Part shown: positions 1 through 16,274 of the stretch, piece after piece
Position numbering within the stretch: position 1 is the first letter of the stretch
Layout of the letters: each line of letters starts with the position of its first letter
Origin: the human T2T-CHM13v2.0 reference genome, Homo sapiens
Length of the DNA: 64,000 nucleotides
Assembly (NCBI RefSeq): GCF_009914755.1
Contig: NC_060937.1
Reading direction: 5' to 3' (one strand)
The notes under the pieces: generated by a model
What the model was told of the DNA's origin: nothing
Databases searched by the model: none
Seen by the model: the letters and a program-made list of their open reading frames with translations, nothing else
Position numbers and translations under genes: made by a program

Positions 1-125
1 GACTGGATCCTGGAACAAAAAAGGGACACAGTTGAAAAACTACTTAAAAAAAGAGTAAAGTATAGACTATAGTTAATTGTATTGTGTAAATGTTAATTTC
101 TTAGTTTGATAAATATACTATATTT
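1..125 (+). mobile_element. Old L1 (L1MC/L1ME-type) 3' UTR fragment
   Basis: GGATCCTGGAACAAAAAAGGGACA...TTAATTGTATTGTGTAAATGTTAATTTCTT resembles remembered L1MC/ME 3' UTR consensus. Confidence 0.6.
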
Positions 126-235
126 AGGGGCAAGCAAGAGTAATTTGGAAACATCTTTGGTAACAGCTATAACCACTACTTCCAAAAAAGACACAGGTTG
201 CCAATAGAAAAATTAATAATAAAGGTCAATATCCA

Positions 236-3200
236 CAATACAAAGACCCTGGACACAAATCCACTTACTCACAGACACTGACACCCGGCCCACCCACAGC
301 CCTCATCAACAGGGCCACCTGCAGACCCTGTCAAATGTCCTGCCCAGAATCTCTTTCCAGGATGACTTGTGGAGGGCTTTCCCTACCAAAACCAGTCTAT
401 AAAGATGGAGAGAGGTGACTGCTTCTTCAAGTGCACAGACACCAACACAAAGATACAAGGATCACAAAGAATCAGGAAAATGACACCACCAAAAAGACAA
501 AATAAAGCTCCAGTAACCAACCCTAAAGAAATGGAGACCTATAACTGCCAGAAAAAGAATTCAAACAATTATCTTAAAGAAGCTCAGTGAGCTACAAGAG
601 AACAAATCAGGAAAATAAATGAACAAAATTAGAAGTTCAACAAAGAGATAGAAACCATAAAAAAGAACCAAATAGAAATTCTGGAGCTGCAGTTATTATG
701 ACTGAACTAAAAAATTAAACGGTTTCAACAGCAGATTCAATCAAGCAGAAGAAAGAATAAACTCAAGGATATGTCATTTCGAATTATTAAAGAAGAAAGA
801 AAAGTGTGAGGAAATTCCACTAGACTTAAGAGCAAGCAGACTAATCAGCAAGTAAGCTAATATATGGACTAGCAAGCAACATCAGCAAGCAAACTAATAT
901 ATGCATTATGGGACACTCAGAAGAAGAGAAAAAGGAACAGAAAGCTTATTTAAAGAAATAATGGCTGAACTTTTTAAAACCTGAAGACGGAAATGGACAT
1001 TCAAATTCATGAGAGAACTCAAATAGGTGGAACCTAAAGAGTTCTAGGAGAAATTACTATTAAATTGTCAAAAGTCAAAGGCAATTTTGAAAGCAAGAGA
1101 AAAAGGACTCCTCACATATATAAATCTCCATACAACTATTAGCAGATTTTTCAGCAGAAATGTTGCAGGCAAGATGAGAGTGGGATGTTATATTCAAAGT
1201 GCTGAAAGAGAAAAAAAGTTGCCATCTAGAAATACTATATCTGGTAAAAATGTCCTTTAAAAATGCATGAGAGACAAAGATGTTCCAAGACAAATGAAAA
1301 CTAAGGAAGTATGTCAACACTGGGTCCTCCTTATAAGAAGTGTGAAAGGGAGTTCTTCAAGTTGTTACAAAAGGATACTAAACAGCAACATGAAAGTATA
1401 TGAAAATATAAATCTTGGCTGGTAAAGGTAAATACACAGACTAATACATAACAATGTATATTGTAATGAAGATGTATAAATTACTTATAATCCTAATATA
1501 AAGTAAAAAGATTAGTTTTAAGAATAACTATTACCAAAAATATTAATGCACAATATAAAAAGTAAACTATCACATCAATAACTGTGTAATAAACATAGTT
1601 TTTGTGTGTTATTGAAGATATGTTATCTTAAAATAGACTGTTATAAGAAGTTTTATGTACACCTCATGGTAATTACAAAAGTATAGTAGATACAAAAGAT
1701 AGAATAAAAGCTTATTACTACAAAAGCTCACATAATAAAACAGCAAAAAGGAAGAGGAACAAAAGAACTATAAAACAAGACAACTAACAATATAACAATA
1801 GTATTTTACTTATCAATAATTTAAGTGGATCAAACTCACCAAATAAATATAAAAATAAGATTCAACTATGTGTTGTCTACAAGAGAAGAACTTTAAATTT
1901 AAGGACACACAGACTGAAAGTAAAAGAATGAAAAAAAAATACTCAAAGCAAACAGTAAACAAAATAAAGCAGGGGTAGCTATTTTTGAAATATACAAAAT
2001 GCTTTTAAGTCAACTGTCACAAGAGACAAAGATCATTATATAGGGGAAAAAAGAGTCAGTTTAACAGGAAGATAACAGTAGTAGACTTCAATAACTCATC
2101 TTCAATATGGATTGATCACACAGAAAGTTATTAAGGAAAACAGCAGTCTTGAATAACACTATATACCAAATGGACCTAACAGAAATGTACAGAACATTCT
2201 ACCCAGCAGCAGTAGAGCAAACATTGTTCTCAAGTGCATATAGAACATTCTCTAGGGTAGATCACATGCTTGGTCACAAAACAAATCTTTATTTTAAAAA
2301 GATTAAAATCATACCAAGTATCTTTCTGACCACAGTGAAATCAAACACAATATCAATAACAAAAAAAGAGAAAATTCACAAATACATGGAAATTTGAAAA
2401 CACACTCCTAAACAACTATTGGCTCACAAAAAGAAATGAAAAGGAAATTTAAAAAGTATGTTGAGAAAAATAAAAATGAAAAATATACTAAAACTTATTG
2501 GATGCATCAAAAGAAATAATAAGAGGGAATTTTATAGTATAAACACCTACCTTAACAAAAAAAAAAAAAGCTAAATGAATGACCTAATTGTATGCTTTAA
2601 AGAACTAGAAAAAGAACAAACCAGGCCAAAAGCTAACAGAAGAAAGAAAATATTAAACGTTAGAACAGAAATAAATGAACTAGAAAACAGAAAAACATTA
2701 GAAAATAATATAACAAAGAGTTGGTTTTTTGAAAAGATAAAATACACAAATTCTTGCCCAGACTAAGAAAAAAAGATTCAAATAAGTCAAATAAAAGAGG
2801 GGCCATTATAACTGATGCCACAAAAATAAAAAATATCATAATAAACTATTATATGTGACAATATATACGAACACATTGGATAACCTAGGAGAAATGAATA
2901 CATTATTAGAAACACAGGACCTACCACACTGAATCATGAAGAAATAGAAAGCCTAATCGGATCAATGACAAATAAGGAGAGCTAATAAGTAATCAAAAAC
3001 CACCTACTAAGTAAAAGCCCAGTATCAGATGGTTCCACAGGTGAATTCTATCAAACATTTAAAGAATGAATGCCAATATTCTTAAACTCTCAAAAACTAG
3101 AAGAGGAAACACTTTCAAACTCATTTTATGAGTCCAGACACCCCAATACAAACCAAGACAAAGATTCCATGAGAAAAGAAAATAGGCCAATATCTCTGTT

Positions 3201-5749
3201 GAACATTAATGTAAAAATTTTCAACAAAATAGCAGCAAACCAAATTCAATAGTGCATTAAAAGGGTCATACACCACGAGCAAATGGGATTTATTCCTGGG
3301 ATGCAAGGATGGCTCAACATATGAAAATCAATCAATGTGATACATCATAGTAACAGAATAAAGGATAAAAATCACATGATAATATTAATAGATGCAGAAA
3401 AGCACTTTATAAAATTAAACACGCTTTCATAATAAAAACTTAACAAATTAGGTAAAGAAGGAACTTACCTTAACAAAATAAAGGCCTTACATGAAAAGCC
3501 CATATGTATCATCACACTCAACGGTGAAAAACTGAAAGATCTTATTGAATCCAGAACAAGTAAGGATATCCACTCTTACCATTTCTATTCAAATGAGTAC
3601 TGAAATTCTAGCCAGAGCAATCAGGCAATAAAAAGAAATATATATATATTTTTTACTTTGTAAAGGAAATAATTGGGAAGAAAAAATAAAATAATCTGTT
3701 TGCTGATGACATGATTTTATATACAGAAAACTCTAAGAAGTCCATACACACAGAAAGTGTTATAAATAATAAATTTAGTAAAGTTACAGGTTGTAAAAAT
3801 CAACATATAAAAATTAGTTCTGTTTCTATACATAAACAATTAGCTATCTGAAAAGGAAATTAAAACAATCCCATGTACAACTGCATCAAAAAGAACGAAG
3901 TACTCAGGAATAATCTTTACCAAGGAGGTGAAAGACTTGTACACAAAAACTGTAAAACACCGATGAAAGAAATTAAATCACACACAAATAAATAAAAATC
4001 CCATGTTCATGGAAAGACTTGAGATATCAAACAAAAATATTTTGATTTGAAGAATATCAAAATGTTCACACTATCCAAAGCAATCTACAGATTCAATGAA
4101 ACCTCTATCAGAATCCCAGTGGCATTTTTTTACAGAAACAAAAAATACAATCCTAAAACGTATATGAAACCATAAAAGACCCTGAATAGCCAAAGCAATT
4201 TTGATCAAAGGAAAATCTGGAAGTATCACATTTCCTGACTTCAAAATATAGTACAAAGCTATAGTAATCAAAAGAGGATAACCTGGCATAAAAACAGGCA
4301 TATGGAACAATGGAGCAAAGTAGAGAATCCAGAATAAACCCAGGCATGTAAGATCCAATGATCTGCAACAAGGGTGCCAAGACTAAACAAATGATGGTGG
4401 AAAAAGTGGACATCCATATACAACAGAATGAAATTTTACCCTTACTGTTACACTGTATACAATAAAAACTCAAAATGGAATAAAGACTTAAATGGAAGAC
4501 CCGAAACCACAAATTTTCTAGAAGAAAAGCTCCATAATGTTGACTTCAGCAATGATTTATTGGATATGATACCAAAGGACAGGCAACAAGAGCAAGCAAT
4601 AGATATGTGGGATCACATCAATCTAGAAAACTACACCACAAAGGAAATAATCAACAAAATGAAAAGGTAACTTACAAAATGGGAGAAAACCTTTGCAAAA
4701 TGGGGGAAAATAATTTATCTAATAAAGGGTTAATGTCAAAAATATATCAGGAATTCCTGCAACTCAATAGCAAAAAAATCCAATAAAAATGGGTAAAGAA
4801 ACTGAGTAGACATTTCTCTGAAGAAGACATACAGGTATATGAAAACATACTCAACAGTACCAATCATCAGGGAAATTCAAATCAAAACTGAGATACCACC
4901 TCACACCTGTTAGGCTATTATAAAAAATAAAAAGATAACAAATGTTGGTGAGGACACAGAGAAAAAGGAACCTTTATAAGCTGTTGGTGGGAATGTAAAT
5001 TGGTGCAACCACTGTGGAAAACTGTATGGGGATTCCTTAAAGAATCAGAACTACCACTGGATAGTAGAAATCCCACTTCTGAGTATATAACCAAAGGAAT
5101 CAAAGTCTGGGTCACAAAGAGATTTCTGCACTATCATGCTCACTGAAGCATTATTCACAATAGGCAAGATATAGAAACAACCTAAATACCTGTTGACAGA
5201 TGGACAAATAAAGAAAATGTGGTATATACATACAATGGGATATTATTCAGCCTTGAAAAAGAAAATCCTGTCATTTGCAACAACATGGATGAATCTGGAA
5301 GACATTATGCTCAGTAAACTAGGCCAGGCACAGAAGGAAAAATGCTACATGATACTACTAATATGAGGAATCTAAAATAATCAAACTCATAAAAGCAGAT
5401 AGAATGGTGGTTGCCAAGGGCCAGAGGAAGGGCAAAATGTGGAGGTATTAGTCAAAGGGTAAAAATGTTCAGTTATAAAAGACAAGTCCTAGGGCTCTAC
5501 TGTACAGTAGAGTGCCTATAGTTAATATTTTGTAAGACTTAAAATTTGCAGTGACATTATTTGCTCGATCTTATGTTAAATGTTCTTACTGCAAAATAAT
5601 ATGAAACTTTTGGAGGTGATTAATATGTTTATGGCATAGATTATGGTGATGGTTTCATGGTTATATACTTATCTCTAACTCACCAAGTTACATACATTAA
5701 ATATGTAAAAATTTTACATTATTCTTACCTCAAAGTGATTTCTCTTTAA
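236..5749 (+). mobile_element. Near-full-length old LINE-1 (L1MA9/L1MA10/L1MB1-like): partial 5'UTR, decayed ORF1 (~480-1400), ORF2 (~1790-5380), 3'UTR
   Basis: ORF fragments match L1 ORF2 (QMDLTEMYRTFYP..FSSAYRTFSRVDHMLGHK; RPISLLNINVKIFNKI); RT motif LFADDM at 3696-3713; L1MA/MB-type 3' end; TSD AAAGGTCAATATCCA (221-235) / AAAGATCAATATCCA (5750-5764). Confidence 0.93.
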
Positions 5750-6325
5750 AAAGATCAATATCCAAAACCACTCTGACTTCAAAAGTCAGGTAGATAGTAC
5801 TGACTTTTTTAGGAAATAAAAGAAACACCTATCTTTTGGTGAGGTAATATCCAATTATTTTACATTTTAACTTTCAAACAACTGTAAAGAGACACGAGAT
5901 TTATACTTGTTCTAGATGCTTCCAGTTCAACATGGTAATCGGATCACATCAACTTATTCCATGCCTTCTCAGGTTCCCAAATAGCCATAAATCTACAAAG
6001 CCAAAGAAAATTGGAGTGAATGAGGAAATGCTAGAAAAATTCTAGATGATAGAATTGAACAGGACTGAGAAAGCTACAGCCTAAGTACATGTGAGAAGAA
6101 AGGATGATCAAAAGAAGGCAGAAATTTGAGAGAATTCTGTAGGGAAACAACCAGATTTCTAGACTATACCCTAAAAAGCAAGATATCAGGCTATAATCTC
6201 TGATACAAAGTTTGCAGTCAAATTTTCTTTCTTAAATATAATTGTATAACACTTACTGACAGACATTTGAAGAAAGTTGGAAAGATAAAGAAGTCTGCAA
6301 TCAACAAACAAAAATAACCCTTGAG

Positions 6326-7757
<1,432 letters not shown>

Positions 7758-8847
7758 AACCCTTGAGGGAATTTGAGTGATTGAGAGAATAGAACTTTTA
7801 AAACTCTAAAAACATAAAGAAGATTTTATTAAAGAAATAATCAGACAATTATCAATTTTACAAAAATCAATATAAAGAAAATTGTGTTTAATAATTCTTC
7901 CAGAAAGCTTTTAAAAACTGAAAGAGAAATGAAAAACAGAAGACAAAAGACAAAGGATATAGAGAATCCAACCAGAAGACCCAACTACTAAGAATGCCAA
8001 GGAGAATTCCCAGTAAGAAAAGCAAAGGAGAGGAATTCAAAAGAAATTTCCACAAGTGAAGGTCAGGTGTTTTCAAAATTAAAGGGCTCATCAAGAGGTA
8101 AACATAATCAATGAAGAAAAGAATCATAACCAGATATGTTTTTGTAAGAGTTCCTACAGATAAGTTTCTAAAAACTGAGGAGGAAAAAATTAGTAACTTA
8201 CAAAGGGGCAGGAATCGAATTTCTTGTCAGCAATACTGGATACTAAAAAATAGAGCAATGCCTTCAAATTTCCAAGGGAAAATTGTTTTTAACTTATATG
8301 TCTTAATCTAGCCAAATCTAGCCAAAATAATAAGTCACTTTCAGATATACAAAGATTCGGAGTATTTACTTCCCACATGTCCTTTCTGGAAAAATTCTTG
8401 AGGATGTGCTTCAGCAGTAAATAAAATTAAAGTAAGAAAAGGCATGAATCCAAGCAAGAGCAAGGCAAGATGCCTGTGTACCAGTTACCCCAACCTGGGA
8501 CAGAGGGAGGTATCTAGGAAAAAGGGGATTTCTAAATATTTTATTCTATTTCCTGAGGTGAAAGTACTTAAAAATGCAATAAAGGCAGATTACACAAAGA
8601 AAAGTAAAAGCAATTAGAAACTCTAGGAAAAACAAATACAATCATAGTATACAACTTAGATCAGTAGTTATAACTACATATTCATACCTATATATTGATT
8701 TTTAACCATTAGAATCAACCTAACAATATTACAACTAGAGTTGTAATATATTTGAAAAACATTATATCAACCTTAATAATTTAAAATTAAAAGCACATAT
8801 GAGAGAAACTGGAAGGCATTAAAGGGAGGAGTTATAGAAAGAATGAT

Positions 8848-9245
8848 TGTTATGGTCTGAACTTGTCCAAAATTTGAAACTCAATCCTCATTGTGCTGTT
8901 ATTAAGAGGTGGATGGAAGCTTTGGGGAAGTGACAAAGTCACGAGAGCTCCATCCTCATGAATGGATCAGTGCCTTATAGATGGGCTGGAGGGAACTGGC
9001 GTAGGTCCTTTTAGCTCTTCTGCTATGTGAGGATATGGCATTTTCTTCTTTTGCTCTTCCTCCTCTTCTATGTGAGGATGCTTCCATGAAAACACACTAT
9101 GGATAGAACAGGCCTACACTAGACACAGAAACTGCCAGCACCATGATCTTGTGCTTTCCAACCTCTAAACTTAGAAGAAACAAATTTCTGTTCTTTATAT
9201 ATCACCTAGTGTCAGGTATTTTTGTTACAGCAACACAGACTAAGT
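8848..9245 (+). mobile_element. ERVL-MaLR solo LTR (MSTC-like)
   Basis: Starts TGTTATGGTCTGAA, internal CTCATGAATGGAT and GGGCTGGAGGGAACT, ends CAGGTATTTTTGTTACAGCAACACAGACTAAG. Confidence 0.85.
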
Positions 9246-11097
9246 AATAGTCTCATCTTAAAAAGGAATCATTTGGTACTGTATATGATTGAGATAGAAA
9301 TGAAAGAATAAGTATATTATTCAAAGGTATACAGGTAACGAGAACTTCTGGGTTTTCCTCTCTAAAATATTTAGAGGTTTTACTCTCTAAAATAGGAGGG
9401 TATTTTAGCAATGGGGAGCTGCTAGATCATTATGTATCACAGTGATTAAGTCAACAGATAATATTGAAATTTTATAAATCAAGAAATTGTGATCACATAC
9501 ACATGCAATACTTGATTCAGCCAATATTACACAGTTAGAACTAAAAAGGAACTAACAAAAATATAAACATAGAAACAGCTAAAAAAAATTATTAGTTTTT
9601 CTTTGGGCAGTAAGTCTAGAGGTGGGATCCAGGACTATAGTTTTTCATTATAAGCCCTCCTATACTCTTTAATTTTTAAAAGCATATATATGCATTTATT
9701 GATCAAATAAATGTGAAACATTTATTAATGTTTAAAAATCCATCTGGAAATCATCCAGCTAGACTAATGCTTCATCATAATGCAGCTCTCAGCATTTAAA
9801 TAAGGTCTTGTTGGTAATTCAGAAATTACTACATTTTAAAGCTCAAATAGCAATGTCTTCTACACATTCTACTCTGTGGTAGGAAATATCACAGCAATAT
9901 TTTAGAACAGATGACAAAATAGCCTATATCAGGGATATTAGGTGTTAAAGAAATAAAACTGGTTAAAATATTTGTTAAAAATATGAGGTGAATAAATGCC
10001 TGTCCTAATGAGTCTCCCCACTAGTATCTAACACATGTTAGAGAAAGAGGAACACTGGTCTCTCTGCTCACTAGTACAACAATGGATGACTGCTTAAATT
10101 GCAGCCATCCTGAAATACCTTGAGTCTGTCATTTATTCCCTCTGATTTCCTATGAGAAAGATTACAAATTGCCCACTAGAATCAGGGTCTGTGAGCCACA
10201 TCCTCCACTTTCATTTCTAGGACATAATACCTCTGCCGTCAATCACAGCACAGCTCAAATTTTTTGAAGCATAGTGGGATACAACAGAATTGTCACTTAA
10301 AATTTGGAATACATCTGATGTAGCACGAACTGGACTTTCTAAGTGTGTTAACTACTCTGCAATATAGATTTGGAAAATGTGAAAATGAAGTGGAAAACCT
10401 TAAAAAGACAAATGTCCAAATAAGAAAGATTACAGTCTGTGGATGGTATTCTCATTCATCTTCAAATTTCCTTTGCTTTGTGTTTAAACCAAATGAAGAG
10501 GTTTTCCAATGTCATTTGACACAGGCAAACATCTGAAATTCAACAGCAAAGTCCCCTTCTTGCAGAAGCCTTAAAAATGAAAGCTGGTTTGCTTTTCCTA
10601 AAGAAAGAAAAAAAAAATGTCTCCCCAACCCCCAACACCCACCCTTTCCTGAAAGAGAATTTTCCAGCAGCTGGAAGTTTCCAGACCTATGTTCTCAGTG
10701 TTGGACAGCCTTATATTTACCCATTTTTAGCAAAATTAGGGCTCAGAAAGTTTCATGAGTAGTGGTACACATCAGACGTCTGTTGGAAGTCATTGTGGAA
10801 AGGGTTTCTCTGTACATATGTATAGATCTAAGTAGGAGATGGAAGTCACCAAAATAATTTTGTAACAGAACAGCAACAACAAAAAGAATAATCTATAAAT
10901 ATTATAGGACTTTCTTGGTGTGGATAAAATCAGAGCTCAAAAAGAGCCTCCAGATCAATCCATGTGAGATTTTACAGGCCTTCTAGAATTGGTAACAGAC
11001 AAGGTTTTGCTCTCCTGCCAGCCGGCACTCCTATTTCTGATGCATTCACACAGAGTGATGGTTGTTACTAACATTGTAATTACTTATACAATCCTTT

Positions 11098-11212
11098 TAA
11101 GAATGTAAGTTCCATGAGAGCAAGAATGTTATATCATCCACTACTGTATTCAATCATTTAGAAGAGTGTCTGACATATAATAGGTATTCTGTAAAATTTT
11201 TAAATGAATAAA
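11098..11212 (+). mobile_element. L2 3' end
   Basis: GAATGTAAGTTCCATGAGAGCAAG...GTCTGACATATAATAGGT...AATGAATAAA. Confidence 0.75.
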
Positions 11213-11412
11213 CACCTTGTAAATTTACTGTAAAGAGCAAAGGAATAAGTACAGGTGAAAGTGCTTTGCAAATTAAATTCTAAAAGGTGAGCAGTTGTTA
11301 CTCTGCATAATCCAATTCCTGTTGGGGCCCGCTCCTAAAGGCTCTGACAAAGCCATTGCCCGCATTTTGATTCCTTCTACTGGGCCATAATTAGACTCAT
11401 CTACGTGGGAGA

Positions 11413-11670
11413 GGCAGGATAATGCAGTTGTTCAAAGTGTAAACCCTGAAACTGGACTTCCTGAGTTCAAATCCCACCTCTATGACTGACTGACTAGCTA
11501 TATGATCTTGAGAAAGTTATTTAACCTCTCTATGCTTAATTTCCTTATATGTAATTTGGGAGATGATAATGATGCCTAACTTATAGGGTTGTGATAATTA
11601 AATAGATTACTATCTGTAACTCATTGAAAACGGGCTGGTACAAAGTAAGCATTAAGTACGGCTGCTAGTG
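11413..11670 (+). mobile_element. MIR SINE
   Basis: GAGTTCAAATCCCACCTCT...TGATCTTGAGAAAGTTATTTAACCTCTCT core. Confidence 0.85.
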
Positions 11671-12676
11671 TTGTTGCTACCACTCCTATTACTATAGGGA
11701 TGCAGAAAAAATATAAGGAAATTCAGCAATGTCCATACTGCGAACTTTTTCTACTAATGCCACGTGCAAGTTTAAGGCTATATTTTACATTGCTGAATTC
11801 CTCTGAAGTTTCAACTTCATGAACTATTCTTCTACATATTTAGTTCCTTAAAGAGCTCAATGGAGCTACAGCTCAGTAAGTTATGTGTTTTGGATAAAAT
11901 AAGGATATGAGCTGAGGCATTTAATCATAGAAGCAGCCTCAGGCTCTCTATCCATTCTTGGCTTGTTTTTCAAAGCACATTGCTAAATGTGTTTTCTCTT
12001 TCATAAAGTTTTTTAAAAGTTACTTGGACATGACAAGCTTCTTTAAATATAAAACAGTTTCAATTTTTATTGAGATTTGCTTCAGGAACATTCTTAGTGT
12101 TGGTAATATTTTTAGACAATAATTTTATTCAGAAGACCTTATTTTATAGATTAACTGCACAATAGAGTTCATGCAGTTACATTTACATGGACTTTGTGCT
12201 CCATAGTACTGAAATCCAAATATCAGTTTACTTCAGTATAAGCATATCAGATTGACCTGAAATGCTCTAGAACTTTTAAAAGGCAAACGCCAAAATGAAA
12301 CAACACACCACCTCTCAAGCATGTATTCTGTGCTATGAGCAAGATCTTTCAGTTAGAACTTACTAAATTAGGTCAAGAGGTTCTCCTGGGATAAAGGAGT
12401 TTGCCAAAGTAATTCTAAAATTCCCAAAATAAGGCACACAGCACTATAACATTTCACTGATTCTTACTCGTTCTTTTATAGTGCTTTGGGAAATGTTAGA
12501 CCATTGGTCTGCATCATTTCACCTCCTTGTAGGGGAAAAACTGTCACCAGCAACTGCTGCTTCAAACTGTAATAATCTTCCAGGTTCATTCTAGGGAATC
12601 CAAAAGGCGAGCACCACATATTTCCTTTCCTTTCCACAGGCGATCATGCAAATTCCCTAGCTTAAGGCTGAGAAGT

Positions 12677-12860
12677 GCGTATGTGTGTATACTTATGTAT
12701 ATTATGTATATACAGCCTATGGATATTATATATATATACACTATGGACAATATATATAGTATCTATGGATATTATACATATGCCATCCATGGATATTATA
12801 TGTGCATAATCTATGAATACTGTATGTAGATGCATATCTAATATACATACATATACATGT
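12677..12860. repeat. TA-rich low-complexity tract / degenerate minisatellite
   Basis: About five recurrences of CTATGGATATTATA-like units among (TA)n/(TG)n. Confidence 0.75.
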
Positions 12861-13619
12861 ATTCATTATTTTATAGAATCAAGTTGAGCTTTTCAATTAC
12901 TGGCAGATCTACAAAGGCTGTTGAGATTTAAACCATTACAAACAATTACATGAGAGTTGTCCCGGAGTCACAGAGCCCAGAAAGCTAATTCTAACCTGCT
13001 TTCCTTCTTATGTACTATATACTTCTAATTACCCAGCACGGTTAGGTTCTCATACCATTTTGCATATTTTCATCCAAAAATTCAAACCTACTCCATCCTG
13101 AGAACAAAAGCTGGCAAGAAGCACTCAAGTGATGGGTGAACAAATGTATTAAAAAAAGCAACATTCTGACATGGAAATGTCATGTGAGCTGCCGAATGGC
13201 ACACAGCTCCAAAGTCTACCATAATATTTTGAAACACTTTGCCAATGAGCATATAATTGACTGAAAAACTTGCCAGCACTATTCCAGAGATGTTTAAATA
13301 CTACATAATAAAACAATTTACAGAAAAGAATTAAATGTTAGAAGTACATTTTTAGAAAGCTTCCAAAACCAATGTGTGTGGGTTTTTTTTTTTTTTTTTT
13401 CCCATTTTGGAGCCAAAGAAATAACTCTGATATTCTCAGTTCTCACACTTTGCCTTCCATATTTGACCTGCTGCCTATCACTTGCATTTTTGCATAGCAG
13501 TCACATCAGTCAGTAATAAACCTGTATTTATTGAGAACTTTAGAAGTACAGATATCTTGGCGCAAATTGCTATAAGATCCTGCCTCATGAGGTCAGCATC
13601 TGTGCTTTTTTATGAGCAT

Positions 13620-13790
13620 TTTTCCATCCATCTATCTTTCTAACAAGTATTTATTAAGCACCTAAGATATGTCAAGTATTGGGTTAGATGCCAGAGAGAT
13701 AATGATGGGCAATATAATGTGACTGCCACCATGGAGTTTATAGCCTATCTGGGAAGGGTCACAGTTAAAGGAATAATAATCATAATTTGT
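13620..13790 (-). mobile_element. L2 fragment
   Basis: AACAAGTATTTATTAAGCACCTA...CCATGGAGTTTATAGCCT (reverse L2 3' end). Confidence 0.7.
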
Positions 13791-14195
<405 letters not shown>

Positions 14196-15789
14196 CTAAG
14201 ATCCATTCTTTGCCCTTGGTCACTCTTCTATGATCATTTATAGTTTTAATAAATACTGGACTGGGTAACTAACAACACATCCTGAAGTAATAATACACAA
14301 TAAAACTATTATTCCATTATTCTTAACACAGACTTCTCCTTGTAACCCAGTGAATCATCTGTAACAAAACCCAAAGCAACTATATATCTATTCCACAAGG
14401 AAATTTTTAGTTTTTTTATTAATAGATGATAGGTCAGGCTTTATGACCATATCTGCATTTGTGACTGACATTTCCTTTATGAGATTTATTATAATGAGGA
14501 CAAATAATACAAAAGCAATACATTTAAAATCAATAAAAAATGAGAAAAATCATAAGTACTCCTTTACCTTTCAGGAAAAGTTAACCCTTAGCTATTAATC
14601 ACATAGTTTAAAAAACAATATAGGTTTCAAAGAAATATAAGGATCTCAAAACTATGATTCTGCATTAATTTATTGTATAAATGTTTTCATAGAAAACATC
14701 AATATTTAACAGTGAAATGTATATATTAATGCAATGTTTGTTTATGTTCAGGTACATTTATATACATATTTGCATGTGCATTTATTTCTGTCAATAGGCA
14801 GTTACAGGAGCAGTAATAATTAGCTTTTATTCTTGTGGGTTAAGTAGAACAATAATATCTATCTACTTCATGTTCACTTCTTGAGACAAAGAGGCAATTT
14901 TTTATTTCAGCTCTTTTCTTTTTGTTGGATTCTATTAAAGTTGAGGTAGAATAAAATACAATTCAAACCAGTTTTACATATCTTTAATGTGTAATTGAGA
15001 GTTTTTTGTTTTTAGTCCTAAATACTTTGGCTCCATCACAGTAAGTCCCTATGGGTAGCTGCTAAATTCTTAAACCAGAAGCAATTATATTTCAGGAAAG
15101 AGTCATTTAAATGTTTGTATCTAGCACCAAATGTATTTTTGTCTTAATAAATTATAAAATGTCTTTCCTCTCCCTTATTTTTTCTAAGTCCACCCTTTCT
15201 TCTCTCTTGACTTTGGCATATGAACTTGTACTTGTAGCCAAACACATCAGTTGAGCTGGGAGTATTATCTTAAACAGCTGGAAGGGAATGATGAAGATGC
15301 TTGGCCAGCCCATCACCCAGCCAGCCTTCCTCTGTTTCCTCCCCACCCAAGTTCTAGATTTTGGCTTCACCCAATCCAACCAGCCTCTTCTAATTAACTC
15401 TTCCATACTCAGTTGTCTAAAGCGATATGGCAAAACTTACTGCCAGTCCTATTTTGGATTAGTTTGTAGAATATTTGTGTCTTTACAAGTCATACCTTTA
15501 CAACAGCTCTTGTTATATGAATATTCTACAAATTAACTCCCATCACCTATGTCTGCTGAGCATTGGAATATTAGTTGGACTGTCAAGATGCCATAGAGGA
15601 GACAGGTGGTTTCTATGGAGAAAAGCAGCTGCCAGAGGTCCAGCTCCAACTGTAGCCCCCCCTTCCTAAAATAACCTTGTCACCAGGATTGAGGCTTTCT
15701 ATATGCCAGATTGTAGGTTGAGGCACCCACAGTTTCAACAAGACTACTTAGCTATGGTAGCTTCATCAGTAACTTTCAGATACACATTT

Positions 15790-15925
15790 TGTTTCATTTT
15801 CATGGGAATGCAACAATATTAACCCCACAGAAAGAAATGGATGCTCAGAGCATTAACTGATTTGTTCAAGTCACGCAACCAGTACACGGCAGAGGTGGGA
15901 CCAAAACACAGGACTTCTGAGTGCC
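15790..15925 (-). mobile_element. MIR fragment
   Basis: GCTCAGAGCATTAACTGATTTGTTCAAGTCAC...GGCAGAGGTGGGA. Confidence 0.6.
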
Positions 15926-15961
15926 TGTGTGTCACGTACTCCAAAACAGCAAAGTCTTTGG

Positions 15962-16140
15962 CAATGTCTCTCAAAAATTCTCAGACTGTATCTGCATAAA
16001 ATCGCTGTGGGTGATTTTTAAAATGCACGTTCCTGGATGCAGTCAAGACCTAAGAATTACATTCTCTGAGAGTGGGGCCAAGAATCTGCATTTTAATGAG
16101 GTCCCTAGGTAATTTTCATTCATAGTAGAGTTACAGAAAG
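15962..16140. mobile_element. MER5-type hAT-Charlie MITE
   Basis: AAAATGCACGTTCCTGG...GTGGGGCCAAGAATCTGCATTTTAA. Confidence 0.7.
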
Positions 16141-16274
16141 GCTAAGTCTTTTCTTCTATTCCTAAACTTTGGAGTATCCGTTTTTCATCAGAAATGCTTC
16201 TGGGATCTTTAAATTAATTGCCTGGGTTGTCTTAGGAACAAGTCAAATACTTATATAATATTTTCTACATCCTA

